Part shown: piece by piece, positions 24,138-35,200 of the stretch | How positions within the stretch are numbered: the first letter of the stretch is position 1 | Layout of the letters: every line of letters begins with the position of its first letter | DNA from: Macrostomum lignano | Taxonomy: Eukaryota | Reading direction: 5' to 3' | Assembly (NCBI GenBank): GCA_002269645.1 | Contig: NIVC01002407.1 | Coordinates: 84,233-148,232, forward strand | Length of the DNA: 64,000 nt | The notes under the pieces: model-generated | Told to the model about the DNA's origin: nothing | The model's input: only the letters and a program-made list of their open reading frames with translations | The model's database searches: none | Program-made: the position numbers and the translations under genes

Positions 24138-24964
24138 TACGAGCAAGCAATTTAATAATCTGTGTGGAAATCCAGCGCTAAAAGATTGATTCCTCAGTAC
24201 TCTATGGTCCAAAGCATAGGCTTTGGAGCCAGCAATTTAATAATCTGTGGAAATCCAGCGCAAAAAATATGGATTTCTCAGTACTCTATGGCCCAAGCCA
24301 CGGGCTTTGGAGCAAGCAATTTAATAATCCGAGCACTCAATTAGTCATTTCTAGTGTCACGAGTGTCTCTTTAGCTACAGATAGACGCACGCATTCAAAA
24401 TCGTAGAAGAAGAGGAAGCAAGATAGGGAGAACTTTGTCACCGCAGTTGAGACCTGCTTTTGCTAATTTTCTGCCCAATCAGTTTCGATTTCGTTTGCTC
24501 AGTTGTGCTCTGTTTTCTTTCTCAAAAACTGTTTGTGCTTTATTTTGCTTCGCTTCGCTGTGTGCGGCAATAGGGAAAGCGCGACCGCTACTTTTCGACA
24601 CTTGTGCGAAAAGCCGACATGGTTTACTTAAATTTTGAGTTCAGTAGCTTAGGGACATAGACGCTATTTTTTGAGAATATGATAGAACTTTTCATGAATT
24701 AAGTAAAAAGCTACTTAATCAAACTAAGAATGATGCATGCACCGCAGAGACTACTGACGAAATTGAGTTCAGTAGTTGATTTTCGCGCTGTCGCGAGTTG
24801 CAAAATTTTTCACATTTGCTTCTTTGGCTACATAAGCGATTAATGAGTGGCCCATTATGTATAAATGATCTTTGCTCCAAAGTCTATGGTTTGGACCATA
24901 GAGTACTGAGGAATCTATCTTTAGCACAGGGTTTCCCCACAGATTATTAAATTGCTTGCTCGTA
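24138..24964. mobile_element. MITE-like element with about 90-bp inverted termini; the left arm is tandemly repeated about 2.3 times
   Basis: TACGAGCAAGCAATTTAATAATCTGTG...CTCAGTACTCTATGGTCCAAA at 24138 and its reverse complement ending at 24964. Confidence 0.7.
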
Positions 24965-25221
24965 ATATCCAATGGCTTGCAGAAAGCTATATTATACCAC
25001 TTTACCTTCAATTTTGAACAAAGTCGAATTTCGATTCAAACGATATGAGGACAAAAGCTACATGCAACCGATACGATGCAACCACATATAGCACTGGATT
25101 GTCTCAATCGAAGGTCTTGTAAGCTTGAATTGGATTCGACTTTGATAGGATAATTTCACAACTTAATATGGCATATAATAAAAGCCACACCCTAACAGTT
25201 TACCAGAGCCACTGGTTGAAG

Positions 25222-26256
25222 ATGAAGAAGCCGGATGAAGCCTATCTTGTGCTGCTGCTGCTGCCGCTGATGCCAGTTTTGCTGCTCGGAGCCGTCACGG
25301 ATCCAGCCGTTAACAAGACGCTCAAATTCCATCAATCTCCCGCCTGCCCTCCGGCCTCAGTCGTCACCTCAATGAAGCTCCAGGGAGTGAAGGCGCGGCA
25401 GACTTGCGCGGTGGAGTGCTCGCTGAGGTCCAACTGCGCCGTGTACAACTTTGTCAGCTCGTCCAGCGAGTGCCAGATGGGCAGCACGGCTGATCTGATT
25501 GGCAGCTGGACACCCAACGAAAGTTCGCCCTGCACCAGCCAGCTGAACCCGCGCCTGCCGGGAATTCTCACCTTCCGAGCCAACTTGTTGGCCTTTCTGG
25601 ACTTTCGCGTCGGCCAGGACAACCTGATTGGCGGCACTCAGTTCAAGGTGTCCCAGTCCTCGCCGGGAGTTGTCTACAGTTCAAGCCAGGGTGCCGTGTT
25701 CCCGACTCTAGATTCCACTGGCGCCTCCAACTACATCGAGCTGGACAAGCAAGGCAGCGAGACCATCGCCAACCTACTCGGACGTAACAAGATCTTCACC
25801 GTGTACGCTCGGATCAGCCGGCAGGCAGGGACAACACCGCAGTCAGTTTACACTCTGACCGACTGCAATACCTACGCTGAAAAGCGAGGCGGTCTGTCCG
25901 TTGAGAGCAGTCGAGCTGTCGTGTACAACAGCCTCACCTCTCCGGACGAAGTCAAGGCCAAACAGAGCGCACAGACATTCACCAGTACGTATGGCGAAAC
26001 CAGCATTGACACTTCAATTGGAGCCGTGTTCAAAACTAACGAGTTCACCAGCGCCTTTGTCAACGGAGTTGCGAGCGAAGTCGAAGCGTTGACTGTTAGC
26101 AGCGTGCCAACTTTCAAGGGCGCCCCAGAGTGCATCCGCCTGGGCTTCAGTCCCGAAGCTAACAAGGGGCTGGTTGGCCGCTACATCTGCTTCGCCATCG
26201 TGAAAGCCGAGCTTACAGCCGCGGAGTTCTCTGAGCTCGATGCTCTCTGTGGCTGA
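25222..26256 (+). CDS. Secreted PAN/apple-domain plus ConA-like/LamG-type domain protein, intronless (alternative in-frame ATG at 25168)
   Basis: Uninterrupted 344-362 aa ORF with GC-rich codons; hydrophobic signal (YLVLLLLPLMPVLLLGA); apple Cys pattern CAVECSLRSNCAVYNF..SSECQM; beta-rich C-terminal domain ending LVGRYICFAIVKAELTAAEFSEL. Confidence 0.85.
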   Translation: MKKPDEAYLVLLLLPLMPVLLLGAVTDPAVNKTLKFHQSPACPPASVVTSMKLQGVKARQTCAVECSLRSNCAVYNFVSSSSECQMGSTADLIGSWTPNESSPCTSQLNPRLPGILTFRANLLAFLDFRVGQDNLIGGTQFKVSQSSPGVVYSSSQGAVFPTLDSTGASNYIELDKQGSETIANLLGRNKIFTVYARISRQAGTTPQSVYTLTDCNTYAEKRGGLSVESSRAVVYNSLTSPDEVKAKQSAQTFTSTYGETSIDTSIGAVFKTNEFTSAFVNGVASEVEALTVSSVPTFKGAPECIRLGFSPEANKGLVGRYICFAIVKAELTAAEFSELDALCG

Positions 26257-26285
26257 GCAGCTTGATTGAGACTTAGTTGATGGAC

Positions 26286-26448
26286 TGACGTTTGGGTTTG
26301 GTGGCTGAGTATCATGAGGCTTTGGTGGCTGAGTATCATATGGGTTTGGTGGCTGAGTATCATATGGGTTTGGTGGCTGAGATCATATGGGTTTGGTGGC
26401 TGAGATCATATGGGTTTGGTGGCTGAGATCATATGGGTTTGGTGGCTG
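26286..26448. repeat. 23-24-bp minisatellite (GGCTGAG[T]ATCATATGGGTTTGGT)
   Basis: About 7 copies just after the stop codon. Confidence 0.9.
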
Positions 26449-27160
26449 CTCATGTATGTCTTGCATGGCTTGCATTGCATGTCTTGCTCATGTACGTGGT
26501 TCTGTTATTGAAGTTCAACTGGTGAAGCTCTGATATTAACAAATATTTTACCGTCAATAGAAGTTCTAAAAATATTTTCAGCTTTCTTCTAAAGCAATTT
26601 TCATTTTATGTCACACGTATTTTTAAAAACCTGTCCCTACGAATTCTTTACCTTAATAGAACAGGATATTTTATTATTCAAAAATTTTCTCACCTTGTTA
26701 CTTTCTCGCATTGTCTAAAAAGGCCGAAATGTTGCAAGTTCATAAGATTTTTAATCATAATCCAGCTTATGATTTAATAACATGTTTTGTAATTGTTGTG
26801 TTAATAACTATTAGTTTATTAACTTAGCATATAGCACCCTGTTTCGCGAGCGTGTTCGCACAAGATCTTTAGTTTTTTTGCGTTTCTCTATCTATCTATT
26901 CTGGTATATCTAAAATTATTTGATTAATTTCATAATATTAACTGTGCTATATGCTTCGCACAATTTGAAGAGTTGCTTAAACAAATTAAATAAGACAGTG
27001 TCATAAATTTTCCCTAGATTGTGTGCAGTCTGCTTTAAACTTTGACCACTTAAAATATAGCTTTTTATAATTGCATCGGTAGCTATTCAATGAGTTGAGC
27101 TACATGCATATGCAAGGACTACTAGACGAAGTGTTCCTAGTGGTCCTTGTGCATATGATG

Positions 27161-27447
27161 CAGATAATCACAGATAATTGATTACACCTGCCCCAGTGGG
27201 CCAGATGTGCAACCGACAGCTCAGCCGCAGCTTTTTCGCGGCACATCTGAAGGCTCGTACGGTCGCCACACACCCTCAATTGCCCCAGCTAATTCTGGCA
27301 CCCATTTTACAGCTGGGTGAACTGAAGCAATGCAGGTTGAGTTAGGAGTCTTGCTCAAGGACACAAATTGATCCGAGTGGGTCGAGAATCGAACCCCAGA
27401 CCTTTCAGTCGTGAGTCCAACGCTCTAACCACTAGGCTACAACCCCT
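27161..27447 (-). mobile_element. tRNA-derived SINE with CORE-like central domain, copy 1
   Basis: Minus strand: A box TAGCCTAGTGG, B box GGTTCGATTC, then TGTGTCCTTGAGCAAGAC...TCAGTTCACCCAGCTGTAAAATGGGT; related copies at 55.3 and 59.2 kb. Confidence 0.85.
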
Positions 27448-27614
27448 AGTCTAGGCTACATGTACTCGTATTGGGCATTATGATTTATTTCATGTACCTG
27501 CGCAAATGGGACTTCAAGATGTTTACGACAAATGCTAGGGAAAAGTTAAAAAGTACATGCATGCACAATTCTACACATAAAGTACAAACCTTAAATACGC
27601 TTGATGCTCTGACG

Positions 27615-28479
27615 CAGTGTTGGGCACTTCCGTTACCGAGTAACTTGCAAATGGTAACGCAAGTTACTTTTTCGTAAAGCGTTCCTTACGCAAGTTACTT
27701 TTTTATTTTAGTAACGGAGTAACGGTAAGTTACTCAAATTTCAGAAGTCCGTTACAGTTACTTTGCAACAATCGCAATATTTAAATTTAAAACTGAAATG
27801 CTTAGCTATTACGCCGGTTGTCACATTTTTTTGCATTTTTCATTCCTAATTCAAAATTAAGTGAATAGTATCATTTGGTATTGCGCTTTAATTAATGAAG
27901 AAATACTTAAAACATGTTTTGCTTAGTTATAATTTCAGTAAAATATTTTCGCCTTTCATTTTATTTTTCAATTTTTATTTCTCATTTTCAATTTACTAAA
28001 AATTTTCAAGTTTGATTCAAACAAACAACCAAAGAAAGAAATTCGTCTGTAGCCTCCACAAGTCCCTCCACTGGCACTGCAGTACACTACACCATTTTAT
28101 ACAGTTATTTATTTTACTCTATTGAATTATTGATATTCGTTTATTTTATCATTTATAATTTTAATTATTGATTGCCATTGCCCATCGGTCCTTCTACTTG
28201 CCTCACATCGTGTCGCCAATTGCTGTCTCTGTCTGTTAATCGGTTAATCCCAATGCCCAATGGCAAATTTCGGTAACAACAATGTAAAAAAATGCAATGT
28301 GAAAAAAGCAGAAAATTTTGTTAATAACATAGGTAACGGAAGTGAGTAACGGACAGTAACTTAAAAGTTACCGGGTTTTTGTCTAAAGTTACTAGGCTAA
28401 CGTAAGTTACTTTTTAAAAATTGGTAACTTAAGTTACAGTAACGCAAGTTACTTTTTTTGAGTAACTTGCCCAACACTG
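27615..28479. mobile_element. hAT-type MITE, 865 bp
   Basis: TIR CAGTGTTGGGCA / TGCCCAACACTG; exact 8-bp TSD CTCTGACG at 27607-27614 and 28480-28487; subterminal GTAAC/GTTAC repeats. Confidence 0.93.
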
Positions 28480-29040
28480 CTCTGACGTAATCATCCTCAC
28501 ACATGTAGAATAGGCTACTGCACACCATGCAGGATTCCGGCCAGCAACTATATACAATAAGCAATTCCATAAGAAAGCATATGTAAATATTGTAGATGCA
28601 AGGCATCGTGCATAATACGTACTGTATACCTATACCCACCTATACATGTACGTATAGTATTGCATATTTTGCTACTTAATGTATATAGCTATAATAGTAT
28701 GACAAAATGCTTCTTTCGACATGTATACCTCAATCGAGTAACACATCTTTAGTTTTTTATTTCGGCTTCAGATAAGATCTACAGTTGAGATTGAGCACTC
28801 TGGTGTATTCTGCATCCAGCTCGTGTCTGATTGCATTCAACCAAAAATCGCAAGCCCACACGGCGGTTTGCGGCAAAAGGGTGTTTGTTTTTCACTACTC
28901 GAGCCCTGCACAGAAATGCAGGGGCCAATGTGTGTGCCAATTAGAAGCAACCGAGGACGCGACTTGAGTATCGACGTACAGTGTAAATAGTCTGACAATA
29001 ATGTTGTAGTTCTCCCCGAACATAACTAGAAGCATAGAGG

Positions 29041-29640
29041 CGGCTCAGCGTGCTTGGCTACGCCGACGATCTCGCTCTACTGCTGTCTAACTTTGACCGT
29101 CGAGGGCGCCCGCGCCAGCTGGAGAGTTGTGGCGAGTGTCGGTCTGGTGATGGTCAACAACACACAGAAGAGTCATCGATCGTGCTCGTGCTGGACGACT
29201 TTGATCGAGGCTGCAATTTTCTGCCGAGGCGCTGACGGACAGGTGACTAAGCTTCCGTGCTGTCAGCAGTTCGTCTACCTCGGCGGTCAGGTGCCGAAGT
29301 GCGCGAGGACCTGAGACGTCGCCGTGGACAACTTGCCTGGGCTGCCTTCCGCTCCGTTTTTCTTAGCGGTGATCGAGACTGTCCTGTTGTATAACGCCGA
29401 GACCTGGACGCTGACAGATTCGCTCGAACAGCGGGTCGACGACGCCGCCTTCAAGATCGGCTATACGAGCGAGTCACCAATAATGCGGCACTCTATCATC
29501 GTACCACCCCGCGAACTGTCGCGCCGTCGGCGACTCCAGCTGGCAGGCCATTTTGTACTGCCCGCAACCGTTGCAGGAGGTGCTGAGCTGCAGACGCTGC
29601 AGGCACTACTGCACCCTACCAAAGCAGGCCATTAGCCGGA
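29041..29640 (+). pseudogene. Non-LTR retrotransposon (RTE-like) reverse transcriptase relic
   Basis: LGYADDLALL, FVYLG and ETVLLYNAETWTLT motifs in shifted frames. Confidence 0.8.
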
Positions 29641-29903
29641 ATACTTCAGCATGGAATAATGGAATAGGACTTCGGCTGGGGCAGGGCCCGCCCGCACCCT
29701 CCAGGGCAGGCTTTTCGTCGACTGCCTGCTGGCTGATTATGGCGCCCCGGACACTGCCGGCGATGCGGCCTACGTTCGCGCCCAGGCCTTAAAACGCATC
29801 CCGTGACGTTGTCTGTTTGACTGACTATAACAACGTATTTTGTTGTGCTGTTGTATAGAGTTCCTGTTATAACGGCTTTAATGGCCTATATCAGGAGTCA
29901 GGC

Positions 29904-30930
29904 AAGGACTTCTAGACTAACAGGACGTAAAACTCAAAGATCGTGCAATTTTTTGGAGGCCACGATTTCCTGGAAAAAATACACTGCGAAGATAGGAAAA
30001 AATCTGTTTTTCGTCACAAAATCTGTGATTGTATTTGATCTGGGGCAGTGAAGACTACCATTCTTTTAATTTACCATGCACAACATGTTACTCTATTATA
30101 TTTTCATATAGCTATGTAATGAAGTTTTCATTTTCATATTGTTTTCACTTTATTTCATAAGCCCAAAGTTGCAAACTCACAAGTGGCATTAGCCAAATAT
30201 CAAATTCAAGAAAAGAAAAGCTATTCAAATTTGTAATATAATAATATTTTTAGCCTTTAAAATAAAAATTATAAAAGGACTAATCAATGTTTTTTCTTAT
30301 AGATACCTATTAAAAATGGTTAGGGCCTATTTTTGTGATTAAGTCTATTCTTCTTAAATCTTAGTCTTAAATATAGGCTTAGCTTAAAAACTGATAATAC
30401 AGCTTTCTCAAGCCTAGGTAACCAACCATATGAAACTATGTATTGGTAATCTATATATAATAAAAAAATCATTGTCTAAATTTAATTACTTATTAGGCTA
30501 GATAGTGTAGTGATAGGTCTAGTTCTAGTAGGCCTAGGAATTAGTATAGTTACTAAACCTACAATAATAGCTTAAGACTAAGAGTACCTACTTGCAATGT
30601 TTTTATACTTTATTTTAAAAAGAACAACACAAAAAGTTTGGCTAATGCCACTTGTGAGTTTGCAACTTTGGGCTTATGAAATAAAGTGAAAACAATATGA
30701 AAATGAAAACTTCACTACACAGCTATATGAAAATATAATAGAGTAACATGTTGTGCATGGTAAATTAAAAGAATGGTAGTCTTCACTGCCCCAGATCAAA
30801 TACAATCACAGATTTTGTGACGAAAAACAGATTTTTTCCTATCTTCGCAGTGTATTTTTTCCAGGAAATCGTGGCCTCCAAAAAATTGCACGATCTTTGA
30901 GTTTTACGTCCTGTTAGTCTAGAAGTCCTT
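29904..30930. mobile_element. Mutator-like MITE, 1027 bp, with 294-bp near-perfect TIRs
   Basis: 29904-30197 is inverted at 30637-30930; 10-bp TSD GGAGTCAGGC at 29894-29903 and 30931-30940. Confidence 0.9.
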
Positions 30931-32204
30931 GGAGTCAGGCCTGGAGTATAATTTCCAAAGCGCGATACACACGGAAATCTAGAAAAGAAAGTTTTGCAAT
31001 TTTTTAAGGAAACCTAACCTAGATGGTACTAACAAGAAATCGCAAAAAATGTTTCTATTTTATAAAAGTTCTTTGTAGATTTATTCATCTGATTCAAGTA
31101 TCAATTTTGCATATTGTTAGCATACTAGCATAAAGGAAAATTCGACACTAACATCGTTTGTCCTTACTATTTGTTATAACCCCTTTTACAAGCGTACTGG
31201 CCTATTTTAAATCATATTATTGTAACAAGAACGGAGGCAGGACACTAAATTTGACTTTGAGCCTTGACCGCCCAATCACCAGCTTGCACAGCTGCCTGCT
31301 TACTAGGCACACTCTAAAGCATGGCCAGTAACAGTTCGAGCTATGATTCAGCATTTATTGGACTCACCATCGAGCTAAGGCGATGAAATTCAGCTGATAT
31401 AAAGTTACGAATATAAAGTATTGAACGAAACGAAAATATACGAGTATTATTACATTGCTATGCGATTACTTTGCTTTACTTAACACACGCCTCGAGTTGG
31501 CACCAATTTAAATTACGAAATTAAGGTGTACTACACTACCCCCTCGCGAAAAAAAAACAATGTCCCCATTGCGCTGAAAATTGACAGTTCGAACAAAATC
31601 TACTTTATGAAAATATTTCTTTGACACAATACAAGTTGCGTTCAATGCACGCTCACAAGACGGACACTAAAGGATCGAATCGCGTATGAGCAAAAGTTAA
31701 AAGCCAACTTCAAAAATAGCGGCAAAATTCTTCAACCACAGCAATTTAGAACTTCACCAATGCAGTTTGAACCTAACGCGGAACGAAAATGCTCGAGTCT
31801 AATTCAATAGAATATCGGATGATGATCAACGCACATACCCTAACGGATGCTAAAAATCGAACAATTATGTCAATGCGGAATAAAAATGCAATATTCACTT
31901 CAACGCGAAAATTTACCAATTTTTTTGAATTTAGAAAATATTGTTGAAATCGAAAATAAATATTTTGATAGCAAAATGCGATTTAATATATAAGGGAATA
32001 TATAAAGCACCGGCCTGGAACTCGGAAACCACAACTGATTAAAACTCGAAAAGACAGCGGATTTGAATCTTAAAAACGAATTAAACGCAAAAAATACTCA
32101 GCCAAGTGACACGCAAAGGCAGCTCTGCTGGAACAGCGCACAAATGCACAACTCAAGCACAAACTGCGCAGGTCGCAGAAATCGGCAAAAAAAGATTGTC
32201 AGAC

Positions 32205-35200
32205 TCACACTAGGACCCAGCCATCGTCAAGAACTTCGCTGCTGCAGTCGCTGGTCGCCTCACTCCGCGCCGGGTCGGGAGCGCGGGGCTGGTGCGCACG
32301 TTTCAGCTTGTTTGCGTGGACCACCCGACCGGTGTCGCCGTCCTTGTAATCGATAGGACGAACCAGGTAGTTCACCGGCGACGTTCGCTGCAGCACCCGG
32401 AACGGGCCGGTCCAGGGCGCCTGGTGTTTCGGAGCCAGTCCAGTCGTCCTTGAAAGCGCCGACGGCGGAACGAAAACCCATACGAGGTCGCCGACCCGGA
32501 ATCTGCACCGCTTGGCCTTCCGGTCGTAGTACCGCCGCTGGCGTCGTTGTGCCGTCGCCATCGATCGCCGCACGGAGTCGTAGGCGCGAAGCAGCTGGTC
32601 GCGGTTGTTGGCGGCGAACTGGCCGACTGTCATTGGCGGCTCCGGTGGCCGGTAGACGACGTCAACTGGAAGCGTCATTTCCCGGCCAGTCAGCAGGCAG
32701 TGAGGAGTAAACCCGGTTGTAGCATTGACGCTGCTGCGGTAGGCCAGGAGACAATGCGGCAGCACTTCTTCCCAGTCCTCCGGCTGAACTGACTGCAGGT
32801 GGCAGCGGAGCATCTGGTGCAGAGTGCGGTGGAACCTTTCTACTAGGCCGTCGCACTGCGGATGGTAGCCGGATGTCCGCGTCTTCTGAATCTCCAGCAG
32901 CCGGCACAGGCTCCTGATGACCTTTCCGTCCACGGCCTTGCCACGGTCGGAGTGCAGAATGTGCGGGGCTCCGAAACGCGTCACCCAGTTGTCGAACAGT
33001 GCCTTGGCGATGGTGGCCGCTTTCTCGTCGGGGAGTGGCACCAGCTCGACCCACTTGGTGAAGTAGTCGACAATGGTGAGCAGCCGATCGTTTCCCCGCC
33101 GTGACAGTCCAACTTTGACCACGTCGATGCCCACGCGCTGCATAGGAAATCCACTGGCCATAGTCTGCAGTGGAGCTCGGCGCTGACTCGGTGTCTTAGC
33201 GCGCTGGCACACTTGGCAGGACCTGACCGCTAGGCGAACGCTCTCCGCCATTTTCGGCCAGTAGCAACGCTGCTTGAGGGCTGCCAAGGTCTTGTCCTCG
33301 CCCAGATGCCCAAGCTCATGGACCTCCTCGATGAACTCCTCCTGTCTGCAGCGCGGAATCACAGGCACAGGCTTGGACTTCACCAGCTTGTTCAGGGCGC
33401 CGTCGACGAAACACAGGTCGCCGATCTTCTGTGCCAGAATTAGGCTCTCAGGCGACAGTCGGTCACGTCTGCTGGCGCTGAACCTTGTCTTGCCGTTGGA
33501 CAGCAGGCGAAACACCGGGCCGATGTCTGGATCACGGAGCTGCAGTTCACGCAGTGACTGAGACGCATCTGACAGCGCCTCGCCTTCCTGAATGGCCTCG
33601 TCGCTGATTTCGTCTTCGCTGGAGTCCTCGCTCTCGCTTGGCCGCGGTTGAAGCTGCTGCTTCCGCCTTGAGGTGCCCTGACGTTCCGGCTCGGCGTTGG
33701 TCTGGGCAGCCGCAGAGGTAGCCGGCGCTGATGTCGCTGCGTTGGTTTGCACGGAGTTGACTCTGACTGTGTCGACCCGGCCAGCAGGCTCCGCGATTGG
33801 CACTGGCGCCTCGACCGTCGGCTCCGTCTGGCAGGCGGCTGTTGAAGTCTCGGCTGGCGCCACCGCTGTCGTCCCTGGCCGACAGACTCGACACTGGCTG
33901 GTGCACTTTTGCTCTCGCCGAGAGAGGGCGTCTGCGTTGCCGTGTTGGCGGCCTCGGCGAAAGACGACCTTGAAGTTGAACTCATCGAGCAGCTGCAGCC
34001 ATCTGGCCAGCTGGCCTTCGGGCTCTTTGAATGCCAGCAGATAGGTGAGCGCCTGGTGATCCACTCGAACGGTGAAGGCGCGCGGCAGCAGGTAGCTCCG
34101 GAACTTCTTAACAAACTCGACAACAGCCAGGAGCTCGCGCCGCGTCACGCAGTAGTTGCGCTCAGCTCTTGACAGGGCGCGGCTGGCGTAGGCGATAACC
34201 CGCTCTTCGCTCGCCTGCACTTGCGACAGCACCGCGCCGATTGCGCAGTCACTTGCGTCGGTGTCGAGGATGAATTCGGAGCCCGACTCGCTCATGTCCG
34301 GGAACGCCAGGATCGGAGCTGACAGCAGCGCTTGCTTCAGCTGGTTGAAGGCCGCCTCGGCTTCTGGCGTCCACTCGAAGGGCGTAGGCAGTATAAGGCG
34401 GCGCAGAGGCTCGGCGATATTGGCGTATTCGCGCACAAATCTTCGGTAGTAGGAGGTCATGCCGAGGAAGCTCTTGACGTCCTTCGAGCTCCGGGGCACC
34501 GGCCAGTCTCGCACAGCCGCGGTTTTGCCCTCATCGACGGTGATGCCGGTCTTGCTGACGCGGTGGCCCAGGACTAACATGCTGGTATTTGCAAATCGGC
34601 ACTTTGACGGCTTGAGGCGCAGGTTAAACTCGCGCAGTCGCTCCAGAACTGAACGCAGCCGATCGTTGTGCTGGCCGATGGTCTGGCCCATCACGATGAC
34701 GTCGTCAATGAACACCAGACAGGCCTGCCACGTCAGCCCCCGGAGCACCAGCTGCATGAGCCGCTGAAAGGTGGCTGGTGCATTCCGGAGTCCGAACGGC
34801 ATCACGTTGAATTCAAACAGGCCTTCATGGCACACAAATGCCGTCTTCTCCTTGTCTCGGTCATTCATCTCGACTTGCCAGTAGCCACTTTCGAGATCCA
34901 GCGCTGAGAAGTAGCTGTTTCCTTCGAGGGCATCCAGAGTGTCATCGATGCGGGGCATCGGGAAGGCATCGGGCTTGGTCACCGCGTTCAGCAGGCGGTA
35001 GTCCAAGCAAAATCTGGCCGACCCGTCCTTCTTGCGAACCAGAACTATCGGAGATGCCCAAGGTGATGACGATGGTCGGACGACTCCCTTTGCCAGCATC
35101 TCGTTGACCAGCTCCTTCTGCTGTGCGATCGCTGTGGGAGCCAGGCGCCGCAGTCCTTGGCGAATTGGCCTGGCGTTGCCTGTGTCGATCTCGTGCTTTA

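Noticed and set aside
27370-27447. tRNA genes here and at about 55455-55529, 59725-59790 and 61310-61375
   Set aside because: Stems are imperfect, and the first two continue into a shared SINE body
31536-32204. env gene or chromodomain in the Gypsy element
   Set aside because: No minus-strand ORF after pol, and Pol ends shortly after the GPF motif
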